64,000 nt of DNA from Vulcanimicrobiota bacterium. Lineage in GTDB: Bacteria > Vulcanimicrobiota > Vulcanimicrobiia > Vulcanimicrobiales > Vulcanimicrobiaceae. Numbering within the stretch: position 1 is the stretch's first letter; every line of letters begins with the position of its first letter. Of this stretch, positions 50,850 to 60,066 are shown piece after piece. Under the pieces are notes generated by a model. The model saw only the letters and a program-made list of their open reading frames with translations. It searched no databases and was not told the origin of the DNA. The stretch covers positions 32,001 through 96,000 of the forward strand of contig OY970223.1 in the NCBI GenBank assembly GCA_963714015.1, written 5' to 3'. A program made the translations under genes and the position numbers.

Positions 50850-52528
50850 ATGCGGCCAAGGCATATCGCTGCCGTTTTCTGCGCGGCCATTGCGCTGATT
50901 TTTGTCCTCGCCATAGGGGCGAGTCTTCCCCAGGCGAGCGCCGGTATAAGACTGGGGATTTCACAGCGGGTCGCGCCCGATCATTTCCGCATTTCCCAGC
51001 TTCCACGGGGTAGCACCTCGGGCGCACGAGTAGGCGACGTTCTCGATACGCGGGCGCTCACCGTCGAACAGCGTTCGCGCTATTGGAACGGAGAATCGCG
51101 CGCCGGTGCGACGGTTGCGGTCACGCTGTTCCGCAACGGTAAGCCCGTGACCGTGTACGCCACGGTGCCGGCGCGGGATCCGCAGACGCAGGTCGCAGAC
51201 GACATCTGGTTTGGACTGTTGTGTTTCGGGGTCGTCGCAGGCTTGCTGCTGATGTCCCGCGGCCGCGGCAAGGCGTCGTTCACCGCAGGCCTGATGCTGC
51301 TCACGCTCGGCATAACATTAGCGCCGATCGGTGCATGGATTACGCCGGTTTGGCTAAGCGTCGCGCTATTTGAACTGGAGTCTGGTGCCAACCGGCGTTT
51401 GCGGTTTGCGCGTTCGTACTCGGCATGTTGCTATTGCGCGAGAGCGTCTCGCGTCCTGTTCGGGCATTGCTCATTATTGCGGCGTCTATTGCGATCGGGA
51501 GCGAAACCTTCGTCTGGTCTTTCGACTACGGCCTGTGGATGTTCACCGGCCACACCGAAGGCGGTCAACTGGTTTATCCGTACGCGGCCACTGCGTGGAT
51601 ATCGGTGACCATTCTGACGTTTGCGTTAGCGGCGGCTCGAACGCGAGGAAGTGATGCGGCAGCAGTCCGTACGCTCTTCGTCGCCACACTCATCGGGCTG
51701 GGCGCTATTGCTTGTACGTATTTGGCCGAGTTCCATTTGGTGCCCACGCCGCCGCGGCTGGTGTCGGCCGTATGTCAGCTCGTACTGTTCGTCGGCTACT
51801 TTTATGCCTTTTTTGCGCGCCGCCTGGTTGCACTGGATTTTGTGATCAGCCGCGCGGCGGTGTTTACCATTCTCGCGGGTGTCATTGCCGGCGTACTCGC
51901 CCTTGTTGAGAAATTCGTCGAATCATTCGCGCTCGGGCGTGAATCGATTTTCGTGGTCGAACTCGGTGCGACACTGCTGGTGGCGCTGTCGTTCCGGTGG
52001 CTGGAACGCCGCATCAGCGTCGCCGTGGAGCAGGTGTTTTACCGCGACAAATTGAGGGCCGCCGAGGCGCTGGGCGCTTTGACCGACGATTTCCCCTTTC
52101 ATCGCGATCGGACCGCGCTGGCCAATCATCTCGTCCGCGAAGTACTCCGCCAGCTGCGCGTACCTTCAGCGGTTTTGTATTTCGCGAAAGGGCACGAATA
52201 CGTCGCTGAAGGCGCTGCGGGCGCCGACCTCTTATCCTGCCCGCCCGTTGCGGATACCGATCCCGCTATTCTTCGTTTGCGATCCAAGCATAGCCCGATA
52301 GACTGCCATGATTTTCAAACACAATTGGGATCGAGCGGGTACGCGTTTCCACTCGACGTGTTGGGGCGTGCAATCGGCTGTCTATACGTTGCAGCGCGCG
52401 CAAATGGAGAAGGGCTAGATCCGGACGAACGCACATTGCTTACGCGCCTTGCGCATGAAGCCGCAACGGCATTACTTTGGATGACGGAGCACAAAACAGC
52501 CGCAGCAGATGAGGCTTACAGCACTTAG
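50850..52528 (+). CDS. PDZ-like + multi-TM + GAF-like membrane protein (paralog 5), frameshifted near 51400
   Basis: SGARVGDVL in first ORF; YAFFARRLVALDFVISRAAVF, VEQVFYRDK, NGEGLDPDE in second ORF. Confidence 0.75.
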
Positions 52529-52541
52529 AGCACGCAGCGAA

Positions 52542-52570
52542 GAAAAGCCCTCGGTTATTGCGGGCTTTTC
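52542..52570. terminator. Bidirectional intrinsic terminator-like hairpin
   Basis: GAAAAGCCC-N11-GGGCTTTTC. Confidence 0.7.
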
Positions 52571-52584
52571 AATTTCGCGCAAGA

Positions 52585-52682
52585 TGAGAACGCTAAAACG
52601 CCAGAACGTCAGAATGGCGTTGTCTCACGTTTTAAGCGAATTTCTCCGTAACTAGCGATTTTTGCACGCATTTAACCCAACT
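52585..52682 (+). repeat. Intergenic element copy (about 4 octamers + core + two boxes)
   Basis: GCTAAAAC GCCAGAAC GTCAGAAT GGCGTTGTCTCAC; boxes at 52640 and 52670. Confidence 0.88.
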
Positions 52683-52818
52683 CAACGGTGAAGTGCCTCT
52701 GACCACATAACCGGTTAATGGAGTTTCTCGGTTAGTAGCGCGGTTCCAGGAACGCGGCGTGCGCGCGGCCTACGCCTAGGGGTGGAATTAGGCCGTGCGT
52801 CTAAGATATTACGTTGCC

Positions 52819-54588
52819 ATGAAGACCGAGTCGCCTTCAATCGGCACTTGGAAACGATGCCTCGTAGCATGCGTTGTAATCGGTCTTGCCGCCGTGCTCG
52901 CGTCCGCCTACATTCAACGCGTGCCATTCCCCGATCTCGGTTTTGACCTGCGCGTCGACGCAGCATCACGGAATGTTTTTGTTTCTTCCGTTGACCGGGC
53001 CACCCCGGCCTGGCGTGCTGGCTTGCGTCCCGGCGACGCGCTTGCCGTTAAAGACTTGGATATATCGCAACGCATAATTTTGTCAGGCCCGACACAGCCG
53101 TCCGTAGATCCTTTGCGTGTTGACCTGCCGGTTTTACGCAGCGGCAGTACGCACAGAATTTCGTTCGCCGCCCGTGCCGACGCGGCTACATTAGAGACGC
53201 TGTTCGCCAATTACTTCGTCCTCATCGGCGACCTGCTAATGTTAGCCGTTGCGCTCCTCATCGGCACGCGCAAACCGGAAAACCGCGACGTACGGGATAT
53301 CTGTCTCGTGCTGCTGACCTACGCAGTCGGAAACGGTTTGTACAACCTGAGCCTTAACTGGGCTCCGCTTCTGATTCTGATGAACATCGCGAATTTGGGT
53401 CCGATTCTCTCTGCGGTTTTATTTGGTCTCTTCGCGATGCGTTTCGTCACCAACGTTAAGGCACGCACGCTTGCGACAGGCATCGGCAGCGCGATTTTCC
53501 TTGCGGCCAGCGTGTTGACAGTGCTCTTCCTGATGGGAGCAGCGACGGCCCGTCCCGATCCGTTCTGGCTCTCGCGATGGCCGTGGACGTCTTACTTATT
53601 CGCAGAAAGCTCTCACTATTTCTTTGCACGTCTCTTCGCGCTGATCTGCGGCATTTACGCGATCGCCGCCTCTCGCGGGGCGCAGCGGCAACGTATCGTT
53701 TGGGCGACGGCCGCGGTAGCAGTCCTGTATGGAACAGCGGTGATCGTCCAACCTCTTGTTCGGCTTGGCGTTATACCCGTGTCATTTGACGAACCGATCG
53801 TCGACGTCGGCGTCTTTCTTTTCCCAATCGGGCTTGCGTACGCGGTGCTGAAACGACGAATACTTGACATCGGATTCGTCATCAACCGCGCCGCGGTGTT
53901 TTCCGGCGTGTCGATCATCGTCGTGGGCATCTTCGTACTGGTGGAGTGGCTGCTATCGGAATGGTTCGGAAGCCTGAGCCACACGGCAAATCTGGCTATA
54001 GGCGCTGCTTTGGCACTCTTCTTAGGTTTTTCGGTGCGAGCGATTCACCAACACGTGGACCGCACTCTCGACGCGGTCTTTTTCCGAAAGCGGCATGAAG
54101 ACGAGAAAGCCATCCGAACGTTTGCGCATGAGGCCTCGTACATAACGGACCTTGGAACGCTCATCGCGCGCGCGAAGCAGACGCTCGAAGCTCATGCCGA
54201 CGCCGCGTTCGCCAACCTAGCGTTAGACGACGGCCTTGGGCTTTACGGCGACGTGAGCGAAAACGATCCCGCGATCGTCGCCTTGCAAGCATGGCGCCAG
54301 GTGCTCGATCTTCATACCGTGCAAACCCGGTTGCAAGGCGAATTCGCCTATCCGATGATCGCACGTGGCCGTCTAGTGGGTGCGCTTATCGTCGGGCCGA
54401 AGCGCACCGGTGAGTCGTACGCGCCAGATGAATCCGACGCGATCGCGCAGCTTGCACACGGGGTCGGTGGCGCGCTGGACATCCTGACGCTCAATGCGGG
54501 CGTTTCGTTAGAAACCTTGTCCGAACAACTGCGCGACTTTCGCGATACCATGGTGGCCGAGCTTCGCGCAATGCGTGCTCCGCTGTAA
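52819..54588 (+). CDS. PDZ-like + multi-TM + GAF-like membrane protein (paralog 6)
   Basis: VDRATPAWRAGLRPGD; YAVLKRRILDIGFVINRAAVF; HQHVDRTLDAVFFRKR; GPKRTGESYAPDE. Confidence 0.82.
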   Translation: MKTESPSIGTWKRCLVACVVIGLAAVLASAYIQRVPFPDLGFDLRVDAASRNVFVSSVDRATPAWRAGLRPGDALAVKDLDISQRIILSGPTQPSVDPLRVDLPVLRSGSTHRISFAARADAATLETLFANYFVLIGDLLMLAVALLIGTRKPENRDVRDICLVLLTYAVGNGLYNLSLNWAPLLILMNIANLGPILSAVLFGLFAMRFVTNVKARTLATGIGSAIFLAASVLTVLFLMGAATARPDPFWLSRWPWTSYLFAESSHYFFARLFALICGIYAIAASRGAQRQRIVWATAAVAVLYGTAVIVQPLVRLGVIPVSFDEPIVDVGVFLFPIGLAYAVLKRRILDIGFVINRAAVFSGVSIIVVGIFVLVEWLLSEWFGSLSHTANLAIGAALALFLGFSVRAIHQHVDRTLDAVFFRKRHEDEKAIRTFAHEASYITDLGTLIARAKQTLEAHADAAFANLALDDGLGLYGDVSENDPAIVALQAWRQVLDLHTVQTRLQGEFAYPMIARGRLVGALIVGPKRTGESYAPDESDAIAQLAHGVGGALDILTLNAGVSLETLSEQLRDFRDTMVAELRAMRAPL

Positions 54589-54589
54589 A

Positions 54590-54620
54590 AAAAGCGCAGT
54601 CGAAGAGTCGCCGCGCTTTT
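54590..54620. terminator. Terminator-like hairpin
   Basis: AAAAGCGC-N15-GCGCTTTT right after paralog 6 stop. Confidence 0.6.
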
Positions 54621-54624
54621 AATT

Positions 54625-54710
54625 CGAAACGCTAGAGCGTTAGAACGTCAAAACGCTAAAACGTCAGAACGCTAAAACGGTCAAAACGGCGTTATCTCAC
54701 CTTTTAGGCG
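54625..54710 (+). repeat. Intergenic element copy (7-8 octamers + core, boxes missing)
   Basis: GCTAGAGC GTTAGAAC GTCAAAAC GCTAAAAC GTCAGAAC GCTAAAAC G GTCAAAAC GGCGTTATCTCAC CTTTTAGGCG. Confidence 0.88.
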
Positions 54711-54761
54711 TCCGGCACTTCGTGTCCGCCTGATCGAAGCATTGTGTGGCGCGACTGCGTA

Positions 54762-54789
54762 AAAAAGCCCTGCAAATGCGGGGCTTTTT
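54762..54789. terminator. Bidirectional terminator-like hairpin
   Basis: AAAAAGCCCTGCA-AA-TGCGGGGCTTTTT. Confidence 0.7.
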
Positions 54790-54811
54790 GGTCTTAATCT
54801 TTTGGATCTTC

Positions 54812-54928
54812 ACTAGAACATTAGAACCTAAAACGTCAAAATGCTAGAACGCTAGAACGTCGTTGTCTCACCTCTTACGGGAATTTCACCCTAACTAGCG
54901 CTTTTTGCATAAATTTCGTCCTAACTGC
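54812..54928 (+). repeat. Intergenic element copy (6 octamers + core + two boxes)
   Basis: ACTAGAAC ATTAGAAC CTAAAAC GTCAAAAT GCTAGAAC GCTAGAAC GTCGTTGTCTCAC; boxes at 54883 and 54913. Confidence 0.88.
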
Positions 54929-55210
54929 GCGCGAGGCCGGTTGGTCCTGCGCCATGCGGGATGCTGGCACGAATGAAAGGTCCATTGTCGGCGCGTGTGC
55001 TTGTGGTACGCCGGCCAGCCGCCGGGAGCGTCGATGCACCGCGGATTGTTCGGCGTCGTCGGATACGTGCGCGTTTTGGCACCCGGAAAGTCGTTTATCT
55101 TGGGAACAAACACTCGGTTTATACGCGTCAGTGGAATGGCACCGAAAAGTTCCTAAACGCTTCGGATTGAAAACGAAAAGTGCACGTTTGAATGTGAACG
55201 TGTTCGCGCC

Positions 55211-55711
55211 TCAAACCCTGCCTGCGAGTAACTCATCCAGCTGCGCGAACTGTTCGGGCAGGCCTTCCGCCGAACCGGCGAGGGCTTCGTCGAGGGCCGC
55301 TTCTGTGGGGTAAAGTTCGTGTAGAATGACCAGCGTCTTGCCGGCATTTTCTTCGAACGTCACAGTGGTCACGGCGCCCTGATCGCTTTCTTCGTTCGTC
55401 CAGACGAGACGCTTGTTCGGCGTCACTTCTCGGTACGTGCCGAAGAACGCCATCGGTTGATCGAAGGCCGGATGGCGGAACACGAGGCGATACGCGCCCC
55501 CGGTGCGCACATCCATGTCGCACGAGACCAGCGACATGCCTGCCGACTTCGGAACCCACCAAATCTTGAACAATTCGGATTTGCTCCACGCTTCGAAGAC
55601 GATGTGCGCCCGGGCATTGAACGTTCGCGTCACGACGAGTTCGCGGTCGGACTTGCGTTCCACCACTGTGCGGTTGATGGTGGCGGGACTAGTTTCTTTT
55701 GCTTCAGGCAT
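55211..55711 (-). CDS. SRPBCC/AHSA1 family protein
   Basis: RELVVTRTFNA...VFEAW...WW.P...CDMDVRTGGAYR...GTYREV.P..RLVWT. Confidence 0.9.
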   Translation of the reverse strand: MPEAKETSPATINRTVVERKSDRELVVTRTFNARAHIVFEAWSKSELFKIWWVPKSAGMSLVSCDMDVRTGGAYRLVFRHPAFDQPMAFFGTYREVTPNKRLVWTNEESDQGAVTTVTFEENAGKTLVILHELYPTEAALDEALAGSAEGLPEQFAQLDELLAGRV

Positions 55712-56055
55712 CTGACTTCTCCTTACATTTCAAGTGCTCGACAATCTTGTCCAGCGCGTCGAAGCGTGCGCTCCAGAGCTGGCGGTGCCGCTCGATCCAG
55801 GCGGCCTCTTCTTCCAGCGCGCGCATGCCAAGTCTGCAGGTTCTGACGCGCCCGGTCTTTTCAGTAGTGACGAGCGCTGCCCGCTCCAGCACGGCAACAT
55901 GCTTCTTCATGCCCGTGAGGGTCATCCGGAACTTTCCGGCGAGGTCCGTAATCGAGGCGTCGGAGTGGGCGAAGCTGCTCCAGCACGCCGCGCCGAGTCG
56001 CGTCCGAGAGCGCGGCGAATGAAGCGTCGAGGCGGGGTTCGTTATACTGAACCAT
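55704..56055 (-). CDS. ArsR/SmtB family regulator, frameshift near 55970
   Basis: LDASFAALSDATRRGVLEQL then MTLTGMKKHVAVLERAALVTTEKTGRVRTC in other frame. Confidence 0.82.
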
Positions 56056-56068
56056 ATAGTTCAGTATA
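56043..56068. promoter_or_regulatory. ArsR operator overlapping start codon
   Basis: Perfect TATACTGAAC-N6-GTTCAGTATA inverted repeat. Confidence 0.75.
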
Positions 56069-56367
56069 TAGCAGATCGAATTGCCGCGCAAGAGGCAAGG
56101 TGCTGGCCTACTAAGGGCCGGCGACGAGCCGCTCGGTCAGCAGAAGGCTATCCCCGGCTCGAATTAGCGCTCCCTCACCGCTCGCGTGTTCGGGGCTCAC
56201 GGACAAAATTCGGTGCAGTATAGGCACGTTTCGTGCGCTTACGGTAGCCCTCGAGTATGCGATTTAGCACGCTGGGCAACGCCGGAATACTTGCCAATGC
56301 GCTTGACGACAACGCCGCGGTCCTGCAAGAACTGGATATGAGCGCAGACGCGCACGGATCCCTAAGC

Positions 56368-56401
56368 GCTGGAACGCCCTGTAAACACAGGGCGTTTCAG
56401 C
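56368..56401. other. Long hairpin upstream of element copy
   Basis: GCTGGAACGCCCTGT-N4-ACAGGGCGTTTCAGC. Confidence 0.55.
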
Positions 56402-56432
56402 ATCATCGTATGCGAATGAATTACATTTCTAT

Positions 56433-56552
56433 GTTAAGACGAATTTCGTAACTCGCGATTTTCCGTTAGTTAGGTGAGTCCGCACTAGAACGGTCAAAAA
56501 CGTCAGAACGTCAGAATGTTAAAACGCTAGAACGGCGTTGTCTCTTAACTGC
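56433..56552 (+). repeat. Intergenic element copy (box remnant + AGTTAGG + 6 octamers + truncated core)
   Basis: GAATTTCGTAACT..AGTTAGGTGAG..ACTAGAAC GGTCAAAAAC GTCAGAAC GTCAGAAT GTTAAAAC GCTAGAAC GGCGTTGTCTC TTAACTGC. Confidence 0.85.
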
Positions 56553-56555
56553 AAA

Positions 56556-57116
56556 CTACGGCGCAAGCGACTCCTGCGCCTCGAGGCGCCAAGCCTCGAA
56601 GGCGCTCTCGAATTGAACGCGCTTTCTGAACGGAGCATTGTACTTGCGGACATCGAATGGCCGCCTGTTGAGGGCATCGAAAACGAGGTATTCGAAATCG
56701 GCCCATCGCGGATTACTCGGATGGCGTTCACGCCATGCGTATGCGAGCGGACCGAGTCTCTTCCATACGTCCGGGGACGTCATGATAATTGGAGCGAACA
56801 AATCACGATCTGCGATGCCGTAATTTATCAGCCTTGCTGCCGTTTGATAAAACCCACCGTACATCAGCACTCGGTGATCTATGCCTTCGCGCAGCGTCTT
56901 CTCCAGCAACGCAGCATCGCGAAAGTCGCACGTTTCGACATACTCGCGGGCGGCCACCATCTCTGGAGAGTTCAGGCGCCCCATCAAATCTACGTATGTC
57001 CCGATTTGGTACGTCAGGCGCAAATGTTTGAGTTGCACGATCGCAGCGACGGCTCCGACCAACACGACGAGCGCGCCGGCAATAGCGGCAAGCGCACTGA
57101 TTTCATCCCATCCCAT
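56556..57116 (-). CDS. N-terminal TM hypothetical protein (DUF4760-like)
   Basis: WDEISALAAIAGALVVLVGAVAAIVQL...AREYV...WADFEYL. Confidence 0.65.
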   Translation of the reverse strand: MGWDEISALAAIAGALVVLVGAVAAIVQLKHLRLTYQIGTYVDLMGRLNSPEMVAAREYVETCDFRDAALLEKTLREGIDHRVLMYGGFYQTAARLINYGIADRDLFAPIIMTSPDVWKRLGPLAYAWRERHPSNPRWADFEYLVFDALNRRPFDVRKYNAPFRKRVQFESAFEAWRLEAQESLAP

Positions 57117-57200
57117 GGGTGAACTATTTTGTCGAGGTGCATCCTTCCGCCTGGGAAGCTAAGAAGAAGCCTCGCGATGAGTCGCCAGGCTCTTGATTTG

Positions 57201-57226
57201 ACTAGAACGTCAGAACGTCAGAACGG
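57201..57226 (+). repeat. Octamer array only (3 units)
   Basis: ACTAGAAC GTCAGAAC GTCAGAAC GG. Confidence 0.75.
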
Positions 57227-57324
57227 AAGGGGGAACCAAAATCCGTTAACTTCCGAACAGCATTTTGCGATGATCCTGGTGTGCGACGCGACGTACTGCA
57301 AAAGCACGCCATACGCTTGTTGGT

Positions 57325-57615
57325 CTAGCCCGCGTCCGAATCCCAGCCATAGCGGTGGCCGTCCTTTGCTAGTCCAACAATGTCCGGTATTGGAAGACCG
57401 GTTCGCTTGCGCACTTGGGTGAGCACCTCGTCGTTTGTACGATCGCCCGCAAGGGCGGACAACATCCATTTTGCGCCCCAAAGGCCACCGCGCAGATACT
57501 CCGTTTGCCGACTATCGGGATTTTCCGCAGCGTCTTGATGTAGCATCTTCACAATCTGCTCTACGACGCGGCTCGCAACGACGTTGTCGTCAACGACAAT
57601 TCTTCGCGAATTCAC
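57325..57615 (-). CDS. Hypothetical protein
   Basis: 96-aa ORF with protein-like composition; no family recognised. Confidence 0.5.
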   Translation of the reverse strand: MNSRRIVVDDNVVASRVVEQIVKMLHQDAAENPDSRQTEYLRGGLWGAKWMLSALAGDRTNDEVLTQVRKRTGLPIPDIVGLAKDGHRYGWDSDAG

Positions 57616-57770
57616 CGGGGTGCGCCGGAGTCCGCGGATCGGGACGCCTGCGGAAAGGCGAGCAATAGCGCAGCCGCGAGGATTACCGGCGGAATTTTCA
57701 TGAGGCTATAATACTACGGCATTGCGTCCCATTTGCGCTGGGCGCGACTGGCCGTGAGGTTTTCCGGGGC

Positions 57771-59506
57771 TCAGGATGACAAGTTTAGGGCGGTCGCCGG
57801 TGCGATGGCCTGGTAACGGGAGAGTTCGATTCCGGTGTATGCCTGGGCCGCGGACTCGCATAAATGTTCCAGCGTTTCGATCTCGTCGGGATCGAGTTTC
57901 GTGCCGCTGCGGTGGATGCCGTATAGCACGAATGCCATCAGTGAGTCGCCCTGGAAAATGGGAACTGCGACGGCCGGCGAGCCACCGTGCTCGCGGAACG
58001 GCGCTGCAACGTACGCGCGAAGATCGCCTATAGCCAGTCGCGTTCGCTCGGTCAGTAAGAATCGCACGACATCGTGATCTCGATCGAACGGCGGCGTATC
58101 GATCTCGCTCCATCCGACGACACGTACCGGGACGTAGCTCGCGCCGCGAGGTCGAAACAGCGCTGCGGCCGTGAGGTCGAACTTTTCGTACGGATCGTGA
58201 ACCAGCGCGTTGTCGACGGCTTCCTCGCGCTGGGCAACGCGCAGCGTTTTCGCAAGGCGGCGCAGATAGGACTCGGCTTCGTATTTGTGCCGGAACAGAA
58301 AGAAGTCAACGGCATACTCGAGCCAGCGGTACGTTCGATGCAGAACGAACCCCAGGCCGATCGTTACCAGCGCCTCGATCGCCATCGCGGCGCGAGCTTC
58401 GTGCAGATACGCGCTGGTGGCCCAGTCCACTACCCCGATCAGACCGACGACGATCGTGGTGATCGTCGCGTACACGACGGTGCGGCTAATGACGAACCGC
58501 ACGTCGATCACGTGCCGCCTCAGAATCGCGTACATGAGCGCGACCGGCATGACGACGGTCAGCATTGCGGCGATCGTGCCGGCACTGCCCGGCAACACGG
58601 AGACGCTGCGCAGATTGTTCGTTATAGCTCCCCAGATGATCGCAAACGCGGCCCATCCGAAACGAGCGCGTTCATGGCGCTGCATCGTAGCAAGCCGGGC
58701 GATGACGACGATGACGGTCCCCGCTGCAAAAACGTGACCAACAGTCCCGAACAAAGCGCGCGAGACCCACCAGGCGGTCTGCACATCTGCGAAGGTAAAC
58801 AGCGCCATCAGTGCCGCGGTCGCCGCCCCGGCGATCCAAAGGCCCCATAGTCGCCAAGGCTGTTTGGGACGATCCTCCGGCACGAGTAGTGCAAATAACA
58901 GCAGAAATCCCGACGCACTTGCGCCGAGAACAACGAAAGATGATTCGTACAGTGCGTACACGGCCGGTGGGAGAAGCGTCTCGTTTAAGGAGATGGCGAC
59001 GTTCGGCAGACTGAACAGGCAGTACGCAAAGAACGTCCATGTCATGGTGCCCGGCCGCCCCAACACCAGCGCGATACCACTCAAGAGAAATACCGCGTAT
59101 TCGAGAAGGCGAAGCATGGCAACGATGTCGTTGCCGTAGAACGACGCCGCGGGCGGCCGTACCGCGCCGGCGAATTGCACGTCGCGCACGCCTCGCGGCC
59201 GTTGGACGCATACCCGGATGGGCGTCCCGGCGAGGTATCCGGCGGAAATCCCATCACGTCGCGCGCGAACAGCAACGCGTGGTCCCTCCTGGATAAGCAC
59301 GAGATCACGTCACCCGAACGCAACCCCGCTGCGTACGCGGGAGAACCCCGATCGACGTCGACGACATTACGCTGGAACGCCGCGCCGGTGCGATGAAAAT
59401 GTACGCCCGTGTATACGGTCGGGGGATGGGCGAACATCGGAGAACCTACCAGCAGCAAAAATATCGCCGCCAGCGCTACGACCGTAATTGCCCGAACACC
59501 GGCCAT
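57771..59506 (-). CDS. PDZ-like + multi-TM + GAF-like membrane protein (paralog 7), frameshift near 59255
   Basis: VDRGSPAYAAGLRSGDVI in first frame; YAILRRHVIDVRFVISRTVVY, LYGIHRSGTKLDPDE in second. Confidence 0.8.
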
Positions 59507-59565
59507 CTATACCTCCCGGGACGGCTCGTGCGACGTATTCGGTAGTGCTAGGCTTGAGCCATGCA

Positions 59566-59790
59566 TCATTTCTTGCGTCGTTTCGTCTGAATCGAGGCGG
59601 TGAGAAGCGGCGGCCGCGGTGCTTTGCGCAGCGCCGGCTCCGCTGCCATAGGCTCGACGGGCGTTGGTCGAAAGTTCAAGATCAAGACGCGGATTATTCC
59701 CGCAACGGGCACTGCGAGCAACAAACCCGGAATCCCGGCGAGTTCTCCTCCCGCAAGAAGCGCTAATATGACGGCAAGCGGTGTTCTGGC
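59566..59790 (-). pseudogene. Isolated 3' fragment of an AI-2E family transporter
   Basis: PLAVILALLAGGELAGIPGLLLAVPVAGIIRV matches the AI-2E C-terminal motif; no upstream part. Confidence 0.65.
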
Positions 59791-60066
59791 CTGGGGCGAA
59801 GATGAGATGGAGTGCAATCTGGGCGTGGACATTGACCGCCTGGCTGCGATGATTGAAAACGGTCATTTTCCGGTGTAAGTCTAAGTACGACTACGGCAGA
59901 TTGTGCGGTTCGATTCGCGGACGAGTTGGCCGGCAATCGCTCGAGCTGAGCAATCCCTCGTCCTTACCTAGGCTGCTCGATGTAAGTTCAGCGTCGCGAT
60001 GAGTACATGCAACGTCGTTAGTTTACATGACTTCTAAGCCATGGCGTCAAAGTCTGAAAAGCTCCA

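Noticed and set aside
54930..55210. Possible recombinase remnant after the element
   Set aside because: No recognisable integrase, resolvase or transposase motif in the ORFs read
49875..56544. GGCGT as a 5-bp target duplication between tandem Tn7-like elements
   Set aside because: Sequence before GGCGT ends in AAC/AAT, not an ACA terminus; kept only as a weak alternative
48095..56552. Canonical integron attC sites (GTTAGGY and CCCTAAC present)
   Set aside because: Boxes are direct repeats, there is no RYYYAAC...GTTRRRY long hairpin, genes lie in both orientations and no intI is visible
48095..57226. Repeats as a CRISPR array
   Set aside because: Spacing is 0.1-2 kb with whole genes between copies; octamers have no spacers; no cas genes
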